Shown here: one piece after another, positions 1-10,510 of the stretch | Layout of the letters: the number at the start of each line of letters is the position of its first letter | Position numbering within the stretch: position 1 is the first letter of the stretch | Source of the DNA: a bacterium | Lineage (GTDB): Bacteria; Electryoneota; Electryoneia; Electryoneales; Electryoneaceae | Direction of reading: 5' to 3' | Assembly (NCBI GenBank): GCA_963675295.2 | Contig: CAXXKJ010000002.1 | Location: forward strand, 800,001-864,000 | Length of the DNA stretch: 64,000 bases | Notes under the pieces: generated by a model | What the model saw: the letters and a program-made list of their open reading frames with translations, nothing else | The model's database searches: none | Told to the model about the DNA's origin: nothing | Made by a program: the position numbers and the translations under genes

Positions 1-336
1 GGTGCCGCAGACGAAATACGAATGATCATGTTCGATCATGCTGAACGCGATGTCGTAATCGTCCGATCCGCCCGTCGCGGGGTAGGAACGGACACGCAGC
101 AGATCGCCGTTGGGACGGGTGCGCACGAGCAGCGGGTCATTGTTGTGCAGGTAGCCGGAAATGCTGGTTCCGAGCAGGGTATAGCCCTGCAGGGAGTTTT
201 GCACGACATCACGTGACACCGCTTCGCCGTTGTACGGTTCATAGACCTGCGTCCATTCGATCGACGGTTCGGCATGAACCATGAAAACGAATGAGAGGCA
301 GAAAAGAACGCCAAGGATGGCTTTTCGTGCGATCAT
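1..336 (-). CDS. Secreted protein, probable beta-propeller, 5' part only (runs off left edge)
   Basis: Not in the ORF track; manual translation from ATG at 336 gives MIARKAILGVLFCLSFVFMVHA-EPSIEWTQVY...DPLLVRTRPNGDLL..., open to position 1. Signal peptide plus WT..Y and DxxG motifs like the other secreted proteins here. Confidence 0.7.
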   Translation of the reverse strand, partial: MIARKAILGVLFCLSFVFMVHAEPSIEWTQVYEPYNGEAVSRDVVQNSLQGYTLLGTSISGYLHNNDPLLVRTRPNGDLLRVRSYPATGGSDDYDIAFSMIEHDHSYFVCGT

Positions 337-539
337 CCTGTAAACCCCATGGAGATAATCGGAGCGAGAGCGCAGACGTTGCTCTCGCCCGTGTTGATGG
401 TCAAACACGCGAAATGTTAGGTGCTTCAGGGAATTTTGATGAAAATAGGCGTCCACCGGGTCAGGACACAACAGGGTGGAACGGCCTCGTTCCGCGCTTG
501 GTATTTTCGGAGAATGTCGCCGCAAGAGTACGAATAAAA

Positions 540-3500
540 TCAGAAATTACTGAGCGGGGTACGTCCTCGCCGCTGTTCCAACTGGACATCCTGCAGCATC
601 GGCGCCTTGATCCCGATGCGAAGGTAGAAGCCCTGGCCGATGCCTTGCGGGCTCCAGCGGAACGATCCTTCCCAGCTTTTCAGGTCACGGGTGACATTGA
701 GGCTGGAGGATACAACTTGCTTGCTGATCAGGTCGAGTTGCGTGCTGTAAGAGAACTGCCAGCGTTCGGTCAGGCGCAGGCTGAGGGTGCCGCCGACGGA
801 GAACGTCTCGTTCGGATCCATCGGATTTTCCATCGACAGGCGGTAGCGGATGTTGCCGGTGAAACGCCACGGTGTCCCGGAGCTGGCACCTTGGCCAAAT
901 CGTTCCCTGGTGCTGCCGAAGCGGTCGACTCGTTCGCGAATTTCCTCGGTGCTGAGCGGGTCGGAGGTGGTGTCGACGGGTGCTTCTTCCCGCACCGCGC
1001 GTTGGGCGAAGGGGCTTTTGCCGGCGATGGCGAACTGGGACGACGTCGAAAATGAGGTCATGCGGACGGGGTTGGTCCAGCTGAAATCGTCCGACTCCCA
1101 GTAGAACTTGTCCACCCGCCGGTTCGCCTCCAGATCGTACTGATAGAAGCTGTGCCGGGTCTGGATGTCGATGCTCAGCCGTTCCAGTGGGCCGAGCCGG
1201 TTCTTTCCGCTGATCGGGTTGGCGCGGAAGGACGCGGACAGGTCGCCGAATTTGAGGCTATCGGCGGCGAAATTGTAGCTGGTGGACAGGTTGTAGGTGA
1301 ACAGATCCGTCTTCGCCTCGATCTCCTCGCCTTCCTGGTCGAGCAGGATGCGCTTCATCTGGAACAGGTTGTTGAGGCTGAAGTTGAGCGCCAGTTGACG
1401 GCCGCGGGATGTCCCGCCGAGCAGGCTGCCGGTGTAGCGGTCCCGTTCATAGCTGAACGTGGAATCGACGTAGGTCGTGTCGCCATCGGCGTCCACCTCG
1501 GGTAGCGCGAGAGTGCGTTGCAGCTGCTGGTAGTAGCCGAATTCCGGGTCGGAAAAGTCCGGACGGAAGCTCATGCTGATGGTCGGCGTAACGACGTGAC
1601 GGATGGTGTTGACTGTCCAGCGGTTGATCGGGAAATAACCGTACAGCTTGGTCGTTGTGTTCAGGCTGGCGTTGAAAGTGCGGCGCTGGTAGAATCCGCG
1701 TTCCTGCGCCGATTGCGGGGTACCGTTACCGTCGATGTACCAGGCGCGGCGTTCCAGCAACCAGTCTTCGTTGTAGCTGATGCTGGGATTGAGGTTGAAA
1801 TACTTGGCGACTTTCTGCGGCGCGCTGAAACGCAGGTTGTGTTCGAAGCCGCTGCGCCAGGTTTCTTCGAGCTCGTCTTCGCTGTTCCGGTCCTCGTCCC
1901 GCTTGTTCTGGAACCGGTTGTTGTACGACATCGAGATGCTGTTGAACCACTTTTCCTCGTTGTCGTCACGTTGTGATAAGCGTTCTCCCGGCGCGAGACG
2001 CGGCTGCGGCGGTTCGTACAACAATCCCTTGTCGGACTTTTTCTTCTCCTGTTCGCTGGGGAAGAAGTAGATCCGGCCGTGATTGTAGCTGACGTTCGGC
2101 AGGGTCTGGTTGTTGCTCTGATCGGACAGATCCTGCGCGTGGTTGAGGTTCATGGTCAGCGAGTTGCCCTGTGTCGGCCAGTTCTTGCTGAAGGTGGCGT
2201 TGCTGCGGATCTGCTGGTTAACACGGGTCAGCGCGTCGTTTGAGTAGTTGTTGTAGTATGTGCTGCGGCTGACGAAGGTCGCATCTACGTTGAGGCGCGT
2301 GTTCTTGTCGAATTCCTGGCGGTGGATCATGCGCAGATCCCAGCCGTTCTGGCCGGTGTTGCTGTTGTCGATCGACCCGCTGAGGGTGCCGGAATACCGG
2401 TAGCGGTCCTTGTAGACCAGTGTCGACTCCAGCATGATGCCGGTTTTCTCGTAGAAGTCGAGCTTCGTCTCCAGATCCCAGTAGTCGGACGCCGCCCAGT
2501 AATACCCGAAGTCCTGCAGGTTGCGCCCCCGGTCGCCGCTCTGGCCGTAGGATGGGATCAGGATGCCGCTGCGCCGCCCGCGTTCAATCGAGAACACGCC
2601 GAACGGCACCGCGAACACCGGCACTTCGCCGAACCGCAAGACCACCGGCTTGCCGACGACCTTGTCGCCGACAATCATCTTCATTTCGTTGCCGGTGAAC
2701 TTGTAGTCGGGTGGGTTTTCGTAGCTGGTGGTGAAGTAGCCGTCTTTTACGTACAGCACGTCGTCGCTGACCTTCTGGATCTGGGTGCCGTGGTAGATGC
2801 CGATACCGTACTCGGTGCTGCCGTGCTCGATGTATCCCTGCCGGGTCTTCATGTTGACCTTGAGCAGCTCACCCTCAAGCTCCTCGCCGCCGTCGCTGAA
2901 GGTCGGCATGCCGACGTACATGACCGTGTCGATTTCGGTGTTGGTCGTGTCGGTGTAGACGGTATCGAGGGCGGGCGTGGCGGTCATCGTGTCACGGTTC
3001 CAGTCGACTTCGATGCGATGCGCGCGCAGGATCATGCCCTTGTAGTCGACGGTCGCGTTTCCGGTCAGGATGGTGCGGCGTTCCGGCACGACGAAAAAGA
3101 TGTCCTCGGCGGAATAGGCGATGCTGGTGTCGAGGTCGGACTCGGCACGGTCGGGCGTGGCCAGAGAATCGGCGGCCAGCGTATCCGGCATTTCGCTCTG
3201 CAGGCTGTCGGCGGCGGCGCTGTCGGGCATGGGTATGGCGAGCCTGGCCTGCTGCGCGAGCAGGGAATCCGGCAGCTGGCTCGGTGGGATGAAGCCACGC
3301 ATCACCGGCGGGCCGTCAAGCTGAATCAACGAGGAATCCGCCGCCGTACTGTCGCCGGGTGCGGTGAAGGGGGAGACGTCTACCCCGACTCCGGAACCTC
3401 CGCCCTGTGTTTCACCGGTTACGCCTTCTCGGCTCATCTCGGCACCGTCCGATCCGGGACCAGGCGAGAGCACGATGCCGCCGATGTAGCCGTCGGACGT

Positions 3501-3800
3501 GCCGCTGCCTTGGCCGTCACCGCTGGCGCCGGATTCCCCCGGACCGGATTCACCCTGATCACCGGGTCGGGACTCGTCACCATCTCCGGGTTCGGCAGGT
3601 TCTTCGGACTCGGCGGGGATTTCCGTGGACGGAGTTTCCCGGGCAAACCGGACTGTATCTGCGGTATTGACGGTGTCGTATTGAGCGGGGATGGTCTCAA
3701 CCGTTGGTTGCCGGGACGCGCACGCGGCAAACAGCACCGTGAGCGCGAGAGCGATCACCAGGCTCAACAGAGAACGCTGTCGTGTCGGCCGCCGGTTCAC
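540..3800 (-). CDS. lptD: LPS-assembly protein LptD (Bacteroidota-type) with long N-terminal low-complexity extension
   Basis: OstA-like region (YSAEDI...LTGNATVDY...AHRI), FTTS...Y, PFGVFS...RRSGILIPSYG, GYYWAASDYWD, followed by a long beta-barrel. GTG start overlaps the rarA stop (GTGA). Confidence 0.85.
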   Translation of the reverse strand: MNRRPTRQRSLLSLVIALALTVLFAACASRQPTVETIPAQYDTVNTADTVRFARETPSTEIPAESEEPAEPGDGDESRPGDQGESGPGESGASGDGQGSGTSDGYIGGIVLSPGPGSDGAEMSREGVTGETQGGGSGVGVDVSPFTAPGDSTAADSSLIQLDGPPVMRGFIPPSQLPDSLLAQQARLAIPMPDSAAADSLQSEMPDTLAADSLATPDRAESDLDTSIAYSAEDIFFVVPERRTILTGNATVDYKGMILRAHRIEVDWNRDTMTATPALDTVYTDTTNTEIDTVMYVGMPTFSDGGEELEGELLKVNMKTRQGYIEHGSTEYGIGIYHGTQIQKVSDDVLYVKDGYFTTSYENPPDYKFTGNEMKMIVGDKVVGKPVVLRFGEVPVFAVPFGVFSIERGRRSGILIPSYGQSGDRGRNLQDFGYYWAASDYWDLETKLDFYEKTGIMLESTLVYKDRYRYSGTLSGSIDNSNTGQNGWDLRMIHRQEFDKNTRLNVDATFVSRSTYYNNYSNDALTRVNQQIRSNATFSKNWPTQGNSLTMNLNHAQDLSDQSNNQTLPNVSYNHGRIYFFPSEQEKKKSDKGLLYEPPQPRLAPGERLSQRDDNEEKWFNSISMSYNNRFQNKRDEDRNSEDELEETWRSGFEHNLRFSAPQKVAKYFNLNPSISYNEDWLLERRAWYIDGNGTPQSAQERGFYQRRTFNASLNTTTKLYGYFPINRWTVNTIRHVVTPTISMSFRPDFSDPEFGYYQQLQRTLALPEVDADGDTTYVDSTFSYERDRYTGSLLGGTSRGRQLALNFSLNNLFQMKRILLDQEGEEIEAKTDLFTYNLSTSYNFAADSLKFGDLSASFRANPISGKNRLGPLERLSIDIQTRHSFYQYDLEANRRVDKFYWESDDFSWTNPVRMTSFSTSSQFAIAGKSPFAQRAVREEAPVDTTSDPLSTEEIRERVDRFGSTRERFGQGASSGTPWRFTGNIRYRLSMENPMDPNETFSVGGTLSLRLTERWQFSYSTQLDLISKQVVSSSLNVTRDLKSWEGSFRWSPQGIGQGFYLRIGIKAPMLQDVQLEQRRGRTPLSNF

Positions 3801-5326
3801 TCCGATCCCTCACGTGTCTCGGAATCCTGCTCACCTGTGGGACCGTTTTCAGGACGCTTCGTTTCACCCTTCGCTGGCTTGCCCTGCGATCCGGTTTCAG
3901 CGGACGTGCCCGTGTCCGCTTGCGGACGCGGACGATCTGCCGTCTGACCAGCCCTGCTGGCGGAGCCATCAGGGGCACGTTCACTCTGATCCTCCACCTG
4001 ACCAGCCTGGGCGTGAATCGCGCGCACATTCTCCAGCCGGTCGGCGATGGCGGCTTCGGACCCGTACCGTTTCGGGCGGTAGAAGCGCGTCCCCTCCAGT
4101 TCCGGTGGCAGACCGGGCATTGGCGAGACGGCATTCGGCTGATCGTGCGAATAGAGGTAGCCTTCGCTGTAGCCGGACGCCTTCATCAGCTTGGTCGGCG
4201 CGTTCCGCAGGTGCATCGGCACCGGCCGCTGCTTGCCTTTCGCGACGAGGTCGAGCGCTTCGTTGATCGCCATGTAGGCAGCGTTGGATTTCGGCGAGGA
4301 GGCGAGGTATGTCGTCACCTGCGCGAGCGTGATCCGTGCTTCCGGCATGCCGATGGTGTGGACAGCGTCGAATGCCGCCTGCGCCAGCAGCAGCGCGTTA
4401 GGGTTGGCGTTGCCGATATCCTCGCTGGCGAGGATCACCAGCCGCCGGGCGATGAAACGCGGTTCCTCGCCGGCATGCAGCATCCGCGCGAGCCAGTAGA
4501 TCGCGGCGTCCGGATCGGAATTGCGCACGCACTTGATGAACGCGCTGATGGTATCGTAATGCGTCTCACCGGCTTTGTCGTAGCGGCTGACGGCTTGCTG
4601 CGCGACGCGTTGCACCAGCGGCAACGTGATGGTATCGGCGGACTCGTACTCAGCGGTCTCGATCGTGCGCTCGAGCAGGTTCAGCAGCTCGCGGGCGTCA
4701 CCGTTAGCGAGGTCGAGCAACGCGGTGTGGGCGTTTTCGTCAAAGGTAACCGGCGTTTCCTTCAGCACATCGTCTTCGGTCAGCGCACGCTGGAACAGGG
4801 TGTCAAGTTGTTCGCTTCCGAGCGGCTGGAACCGGTACACGCGACAGCGGCTGAGCAACGGCGAGATGACTTCGAACGACGGATTTTCCGTCGTCGCGCC
4901 GATCAGTGTCAGCACCCCTTCCTCGACCGCGTGCAGGAGTGCGTCCTGCTGTGCCTTGTTGAAGCGGTGGATTTCGTCGATGAAAAGCAGCGTGCGGGCG
5001 TTCGCGGCACGGCGTTGCCGTGCGGCGGTGATCACTTTGCGCACATCGCCGACCCCGGACGCCACCGCGCTAAGCTGATCAAAGACCGCTTCGACGTGCT
5101 GCGCGACCAGCCGTGCGAGGGTTGTCTTCCCGACTCCCGGACCGCCCCAGAAGATCATCGAATGCAACCGTCCCTTGTCAAGCAGCGGGCGCAACGCACC
5201 CTGCGGGCCGATCAGGTGCTCCTGGCCGACGAACTGGTCGACGGTTCGCGGACGCAGACGTTCCGCGAGCGGCGCGGACGGGTTCGCGGATGCGGAATCG
5301 GATGAGTCGAAAAGGCTGTCCGGCAT
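3797..5326 (-). CDS. rarA: Replication-associated recombination protein A (RarA/MgsA AAA+ ATPase)
   Basis: APLAERLRP, Walker [61 protein letters not shown]. Start moved to ATG 5326 (MPDSLF). Confidence 0.95.
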   Translation of the reverse strand: MPDSLFDSSDSASANPSAPLAERLRPRTVDQFVGQEHLIGPQGALRPLLDKGRLHSMIFWGGPGVGKTTLARLVAQHVEAVFDQLSAVASGVGDVRKVITAARQRRAANARTLLFIDEIHRFNKAQQDALLHAVEEGVLTLIGATTENPSFEVISPLLSRCRVYRFQPLGSEQLDTLFQRALTEDDVLKETPVTFDENAHTALLDLANGDARELLNLLERTIETAEYESADTITLPLVQRVAQQAVSRYDKAGETHYDTISAFIKCVRNSDPDAAIYWLARMLHAGEEPRFIARRLVILASEDIGNANPNALLLAQAAFDAVHTIGMPEARITLAQVTTYLASSPKSNAAYMAINEALDLVAKGKQRPVPMHLRNAPTKLMKASGYSEGYLYSHDQPNAVSPMPGLPPELEGTRFYRPKRYGSEAAIADRLENVRAIHAQAGQVEDQSERAPDGSASRAGQTADRPRPQADTGTSAETGSQGKPAKGETKRPENGPTGEQDSETREGSE

Positions 5327-5557
5327 TGAAGGTGCGGTCGTGTGACGTGAATGAAATGGGATCGCCGTAAAGTCCAAAGATAGAGCGCCACGCAAGACCG
5401 GGCAAAGAGAGGGCGGGTTCCCCGGCTGTACGGGAGTTTCAGCTGGGCCACACGGGTGCCGCCGGGGAAACGAGAAGCGCGTCTGTTTGTCTTGTGGTCG
5501 CCTGACGCAGGCAGTACACTCCGTGCAACACCAAACCAACAACCCGGAGAGATACTC

Positions 5558-5875
5558 ATGGCAGATCAGCCGACGCCGCAGGGCCCGCAGGGCCAGAAGA
5601 TTCAGATTCATATTGACGAAGCCGTCGCGGACGGTCACTACTCGAACCTCGTGGCGATCAACCACAGCCCGGCGGAATTTGTGCTCGATTTCGTGCGCAT
5701 GGTGCCGATGGTACCGAAAGCAAAGGTGCAGACCCGTGTGCTGATGGCGCCGATTCACGCCAAGTCGCTGGTCAAGGCGCTCGAGCAGAACATCAAGAAG
5801 TATGAGGACCAGTACGGCGAGATCAAAATGCAGGGTCCGGAAGGCCACGACAAGACGTTCGGTTTCCAGTCGTAA
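5558..5875 (+). CDS. DUF3467-family small protein
   Basis: IQIHIDEAVADGHYSNLVAINHSPAEFVLDF...RVLMAPIHAK...YEDQYGEI; GGAG RBS before ATG 5558. Confidence 0.85.
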   Translation: MADQPTPQGPQGQKIQIHIDEAVADGHYSNLVAINHSPAEFVLDFVRMVPMVPKAKVQTRVLMAPIHAKSLVKALEQNIKKYEDQYGEIKMQGPEGHDKTFGFQS

Positions 5876-5902
5876 GTCATGCGCGAACAGTTTCGACGAC
5901 GT

Positions 5903-5930
5903 CAACCCGGCTTTTGATAAGGTCGGGTTG
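5903..5930 (+). terminator. Stem-loop, probable terminator
   Basis: caacccggc...gtcgggttg hairpin 27 nt after the stop; weak U-tract. Confidence 0.4.
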
Positions 5931-6036
5931 TCTGCTCAGCGGGATCGAGTTGTGAAGTCATACCATGGAGCGTAGATTTAACTGATTGCTGTATCAAAGA
6001 AATGCCGTTGAAATTAAAAATCGACTCGAGGTTGTT

Positions 6037-8907
6037 ATGCGATTCTCCTGTCCAGCCCAACTCCTGCCTGGATTGCTTGTCCTGTTTATTTTTCTCGTTT
6101 CAACAACCCTTAGCCGGGGTCAGGCCGTGATGTTCGGCGATGTGGTGACACTCTGTGAATCGTATGACATCAAGGGTATGGCGGTGATGGATGTGGATGC
6201 CGACAACCTCCTGGATGTGGTTGCAGCCGCGAAAGCTGAGGGTCAGATCGTCTGGTACCGCAATCTAGGCGTCGACAGTGGCTTTGGTCCGGCGACTGTT
6301 CTCACGACCTACAACGATGATGTTGTCGCGATCGAGCCGGCGGACGTGGATAACGACGGCGACCTTGACTTGTTGTATTCGCTCTATCAGCCGGGAGCAA
6401 TACTCCTGTACATCAATGCAGACGGTGCTGGCAATTTTACCGGCCCGTATATCGTGGATGATGACTGTTTGTACGTTCGGATGATTAAAATGGGTGATAT
6501 TGACGGGGATGGCGACCTCGATATCCTGGCGGCACCGTACTGGTATGAGAATATCAACGGCGCGCAAGGTCAGTTCGGCGATGCCCAGTGGATCACAGGG
6601 GCAAATGGGGGGTCAGATTTCGATATCGCAGACGTGGATCAGGATGGCGACAACGATGTCCTGATCGCCTCAACAAGCAACGATGAAATGCAGTGGTTCA
6701 AGAACGTTGATGGGTTGGGAACGTTCGATACCGGTGGGGCGTTCGCCCTCAACCAAAGCGGCGACATGTATTTCGATGTGGCGGATATTGACGGCGATGG
6801 CGATCCCGATATCGTCCTGACTGACAATTCCACCCTGAGCTACCGCGAGAACCTGTATGGAACCGGTGTCATGTGGGGAAATGAGGTCATCTATGAACAG
6901 GGCGGAACGTCATTGATCTGTGTGGATATCGATGGGGACGCAGACCTTGATCCGGTTATGACATGCAACGATCAGGTTCTCTGGTTTGAGAACCTCGACC
7001 AGACCGGTCAATTCAGCGATGTCCATGTTGCGGCAAATGACGATACGGATTTCGATCTCGTTCAGGCAGCCGACCTGGACAACGACCATGATCTGGATTT
7101 GATCACCGTCTCCACCGAGTTCGATCAAGTCATGTGGTTCGAGAACCTGGATCACTTCGGCACTTATGGCGAGCGGCAGTTTGTCAGCATCTTGACCAGC
7201 GGCGCAACATCAGTCAATTACACAGATTTGGACGGCGATTCGGACAATGATATCCTCGTCGCGTCGGCGTGGAATGATGCGATTGCGTGGTTGGAAAATC
7301 GTGACGGTCTCGGCGACTTCTCTGATCCGGTGCTGGTATCCGGCGATGTCCACATTCCCACCTGCGTGTTCAGCGCGGATCTGGATGGAGATGGCGACGA
7401 GGATGTGCTGTCTGCGTCCCGGGGTGACGACAAAATCGCGTGGTACGAAAATCTGGATGGCGCGGCCTCATTCGGTCCGCAGCAGATCTTGACCGATCAG
7501 GCGCTGTCGGCAACGGATGTGCGCGCGGCAGACTTGGACGGGGATGGGGATCTGGATGTTCTTGCTGCAGTTGGCGGCCTGCACGGGATCGGGTGGTTCG
7601 AGAACCTAGATGGAGCGGGGACTTTTGGCCCCGCCCGGGTTGTGACATTGGATCTCGCCAAGGCGACAAGCGTTTTCGCCGCCGACCTCGATGGGGACAC
7701 GGATCTCGATGTGCTTGGCACCTCCCAGGCCGACGACAAAGTGGTCTGGCTGGAAAACCTGGATGGACTGGGAAACTTTGGCAATCAACAGGAGTTGACG
7801 CACGCCATCCCGAAGGCATCCGCCGTCTGCAGCACCGACCTCGACGGGGATGGCGACATGGATGTGATCGCCACCGGTTCCGGGTACTGCCGGGTGTTTG
7901 TCTTTGTCAATCAGGATGGCGCCGGAACCTTCACCACGCATCAAGCCGGGTACCGAAATCTGGACGCGAACGCCATCACAGCAGCCGATCTGGACGGTGA
8001 CGGTGATCAGGATTTCATCGTCACGTACGAGTGGGGCGTCGCCTGGTATGAAAACCGTGACCCGGAAAACGCGTTCCTGTTCAGTCGTCATCTGGCAACG
8101 CTGTACAAGGCCAGCAGTGTGCAGGCCGGCGATCTGGACGGGGATACTGATCCAGACGTCCTTGTCGGAAACGTGCAAGGCAAAGCGGTAACATGGGTGG
8201 AAAATCTGGGCGCGCCGCCGGTATCGCTCACGGCAACCGGCACCAGCACATCGATTCCGGCATCCGGCGGGACGTTAACCTACGATGTTCACTTCACCTA
8301 TGATTTCAACCAACCGGCAACGGGATTGGACTACTGGGCTGTGGTGTATCGGCAGGAGCCGAGCTCGCATGGCAGCAGGCGAGTGTTTCAGCAGTCGTTC
8401 AACGCGACACCGGGGATGGATGTGGAGGTATCCATCACGCACGAGGTTCCCGCGACGTTTCGAAACGGGTCGTTCCTGTACTATGCCTACGTCGGATACT
8501 GGGGTAGTTCCCACTATCTGCTGGATGTGTTTCCGTTTACGAAAGGAACCGGTACCGGCAACGGAACGTTTGATCCGGAATCCTGGAGCACGACAGGCGG
8601 ATTTGCGGACATGAAAACGAGTTCCACAGCTGACCCACCAGCATCTTTTTCCGTCGGAACAGTGACTCCGAATCCGTTCAACGCGATGGCCACGGTGCAG
8701 ATTGATCTGCCGGAAGCGACTCACCTTCGGCTGGCTGTATACAATGTGCTCGGGCAACATGTCATCACCCTCATCGACCAGCAGGTTGAGCCTGGAGCAC
8801 GATCTTTCAGCATCAATGGGAGCGACATCACGGCAGGGGTCTACTTCCTTCGGGTGGAGACCTCGACGGGCTACCACGATGTCCGGAAGCTGGTATTGCT
8901 GAAATAA
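6037..8907 (+). CDS. FG-GAP/VCBS-repeat beta-propeller protein with Ig-like domain and T9SS-type C-terminal sorting domain
   Basis: Signal peptide; about 14 repeats of ADLDGDGDxDV...W.ENLDGxGxF; C-terminal PNPFN...VYNVLGQ...GVYF...KLVLLK. Confidence 0.9.
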   Translation: MRFSCPAQLLPGLLVLFIFLVSTTLSRGQAVMFGDVVTLCESYDIKGMAVMDVDADNLLDVVAAAKAEGQIVWYRNLGVDSGFGPATVLTTYNDDVVAIEPADVDNDGDLDLLYSLYQPGAILLYINADGAGNFTGPYIVDDDCLYVRMIKMGDIDGDGDLDILAAPYWYENINGAQGQFGDAQWITGANGGSDFDIADVDQDGDNDVLIASTSNDEMQWFKNVDGLGTFDTGGAFALNQSGDMYFDVADIDGDGDPDIVLTDNSTLSYRENLYGTGVMWGNEVIYEQGGTSLICVDIDGDADLDPVMTCNDQVLWFENLDQTGQFSDVHVAANDDTDFDLVQAADLDNDHDLDLITVSTEFDQVMWFENLDHFGTYGERQFVSILTSGATSVNYTDLDGDSDNDILVASAWNDAIAWLENRDGLGDFSDPVLVSGDVHIPTCVFSADLDGDGDEDVLSASRGDDKIAWYENLDGAASFGPQQILTDQALSATDVRAADLDGDGDLDVLAAVGGLHGIGWFENLDGAGTFGPARVVTLDLAKATSVFAADLDGDTDLDVLGTSQADDKVVWLENLDGLGNFGNQQELTHAIPKASAVCSTDLDGDGDMDVIATGSGYCRVFVFVNQDGAGTFTTHQAGYRNLDANAITAADLDGDGDQDFIVTYEWGVAWYENRDPENAFLFSRHLATLYKASSVQAGDLDGDTDPDVLVGNVQGKAVTWVENLGAPPVSLTATGTSTSIPASGGTLTYDVHFTYDFNQPATGLDYWAVVYRQEPSSHGSRRVFQQSFNATPGMDVEVSITHEVPATFRNGSFLYYAYVGYWGSSHYLLDVFPFTKGTGTGNGTFDPESWSTTGGFADMKTSSTADPPASFSVGTVTPNPFNAMATVQIDLPEATHLRLAVYNVLGQHVITLIDQQVEPGARSFSINGSDITAGVYFLRVETSTGYHDVRKLVLLK

Positions 8908-8971
8908 TGCGAATACGACTTGTGCCCCGGGAGACAGTGGGCACGTGTCCGATCATTCAGATGAGAAACAC

Positions 8972-9000
8972 GACCCGGGTTCGGCGAACCCGGGTCATTT
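8972..9000. terminator. Intrinsic terminator between convergent genes
   Basis: gacccgggttc-ggc-gaacccgggtc perfect 11-bp stem followed by attt. Confidence 0.65.
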
Positions 9001-9122
9001 GCATGTGACAATTCAGCGGTCGGGAGAATTCATAGCTCCTGATCGTTGTGACACTTCCCAAGGTGAGCGGCGCTAATCCTGCAAAAAACAGGGATACGTA
9101 ACGGTGTACGTATCCCCGATAG

Positions 9123-9157
9123 AGTCTCTGACTCACAACTCATCACTAACTACTCAC
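9123..9157. repeat. Degenerate 7-bp tandem array just past the gcvT stop
   Basis: gactcac aactcat cactaac tactcac. Confidence 0.7.
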
Positions 9158-9165
9158 AGCTGCCG

Positions 9166-10254
9166 TCAGTACGGCCGCTTGTAGAACGGCGTTTCGACGA
9201 CACGCGCGGGTTTGCGTTTGCCACGGATATCGAGTTCGAACTTGGTGCCGACGGCGGTAAACTCCTTCGTCAGGTACGCGAGGCCGATGCCCTTGTCGAG
9301 GGACGGCGACCACGCGCCGCTGGTGACATCCCCGATCTTCGTGTCGCCCTGGTAGCATTCGTAGCCGTGACGCGGGATCGCCTTTTCTTCCACCTCAAAG
9401 CCGATCAACTTGCGGCCGAGGCCTTTTTCCTTGGCGGCGAGCACGGCTTCCCGTCCGATGAACTCTCCCTTGTTGACCTTGGTGATCCAGCCGAGGCCGG
9501 CTTCCAGCGGGTTGTGTTCGTCGTCGATGTCGTTGCCGTAGAGCGCGAATTTCATCTCGAGCCGCAGGGTGTCACGTGCGCCGAGGCCGATCGGTTCGAT
9601 GCCGAACTCGGCGCCGGCTTCCATCACGGCGTCCCAGACTGCCGGCGCGGATTCATTGTCAACGTACAGCTCGAAGCCCGCTTCGCCGGTGTAACCGGTG
9701 GCGGAGATGACCGCGCGCTGCCCGGCGACTTCGCCCTCACGGAACCAGTAGAACTTGATGTCCTCGAGGTTGGTGTCGGTGAGTTTCTGGATCACGGCGG
9801 GCGCGTTCCGGCCCTGCACCGCGAGCAGGCTCATGCGGTGGGAGGCGTCATCGATGGTGACAGTCGACGGCGCGTGCTGCTCGATCCACGCCAAGTCTTT
9901 CGCGTGGTTCGCGGCGTTGACCACGAGCATGAAACGGTCTTCGAAACGGTACACGATCAGGTCGTCGATGAAGCCGCCGTTTTCGTACAACATCGCCGAA
10001 TATTGCGCCTGGTTGATCTGCAGCTTGGCGGGGTTGTTAACGGTGATCTTGTTGATGAAATCGAGCGCGCCGTCGCCCTTGATCCAGATTTCGCCCATGT
10101 GGGAAACATCGAACACGCCCACCGATTCACGCACCTTCTGGTGTTCGGCAGTGATCGAATGGTACTGGATCGGCATGATGTAACCGGCGAACGGGACCAG
10201 CTTCGCCCCGGCGGCGACATGTTTCTCGTGCAATGCGGTTTGCTTGCCCTCCAT
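9166..10254 (-). CDS. gcvT: Glycine cleavage system aminomethyltransferase T
   Basis: FAGYIMPIQY, FDVSHMGE, VVNAAN, TGYTGEAGFE, GLGARDTLRLE, VTSGAWSPSL. ATG at 10254 with GAGG RBS. Confidence 0.97.
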   Translation of the reverse strand: MEGKQTALHEKHVAAGAKLVPFAGYIMPIQYHSITAEHQKVRESVGVFDVSHMGEIWIKGDGALDFINKITVNNPAKLQINQAQYSAMLYENGGFIDDLIVYRFEDRFMLVVNAANHAKDLAWIEQHAPSTVTIDDASHRMSLLAVQGRNAPAVIQKLTDTNLEDIKFYWFREGEVAGQRAVISATGYTGEAGFELYVDNESAPAVWDAVMEAGAEFGIEPIGLGARDTLRLEMKFALYGNDIDDEHNPLEAGLGWITKVNKGEFIGREAVLAAKEKGLGRKLIGFEVEEKAIPRHGYECYQGDTKIGDVTSGAWSPSLDKGIGLAYLTKEFTAVGTKFELDIRGKRKPARVVETPFYKRPY

Positions 10255-10272
10255 GGGGCCTCCTCTAAAAGC

Positions 10273-10304
10273 AGTCGTGAGTCCTGAGTCTTGAGTCCTG
10301 AGTG
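10273..10304. repeat. 7-bp tandem array upstream of gcvT
   Basis: agtcgtg agtcctg agtcttg agtcctg agtg. Confidence 0.85.
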
Positions 10305-10348
10305 AAACACCAACCCAAGACAAGGAATCAAACGGTATCGTTAAAAAC

Positions 10349-10374
10349 AGTTATGAGTTGTGAGTTGTGAGTCG
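10349..10374. repeat. Second 7-bp tandem array upstream of gcvT
   Basis: agttatg agttgtg agttgtg agtcg. Confidence 0.8.
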
Positions 10375-10510
10375 AAGAAAAAACTCCATATCCCGCAGAT
10401 CGAGCTCGAAAGGACTTCTGTACCAGATTTAATATCAAGGCCAATCGATACCAGATCTGAATATGAGCAATATGCTGTGAATAAAAAAGCACGCTGCTAA
10501 AACTGACTAC

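Noticed and set aside
2322-5305. Long plus-strand ORFs (541 aa, 507 aa) and similar ones at 26823-28208, 31079-32944 and 52973-54190
   Set aside because: Antisense shadows of well-supported genes, typical of high-GC codon bias; no motifs.
5327-5905. 193-aa N-terminal extension of RarA in the ORF track
   Set aside because: It is antisense to the DUF3467 gene; RarA homology starts near ATG 5326.
10255-10500. Glycine riboswitch upstream of gcvT
   Set aside because: No recognisable aptamer motifs by eye; the region is occupied by heptamer arrays and AT-rich sequence. An Infernal/Rfam scan would settle it.
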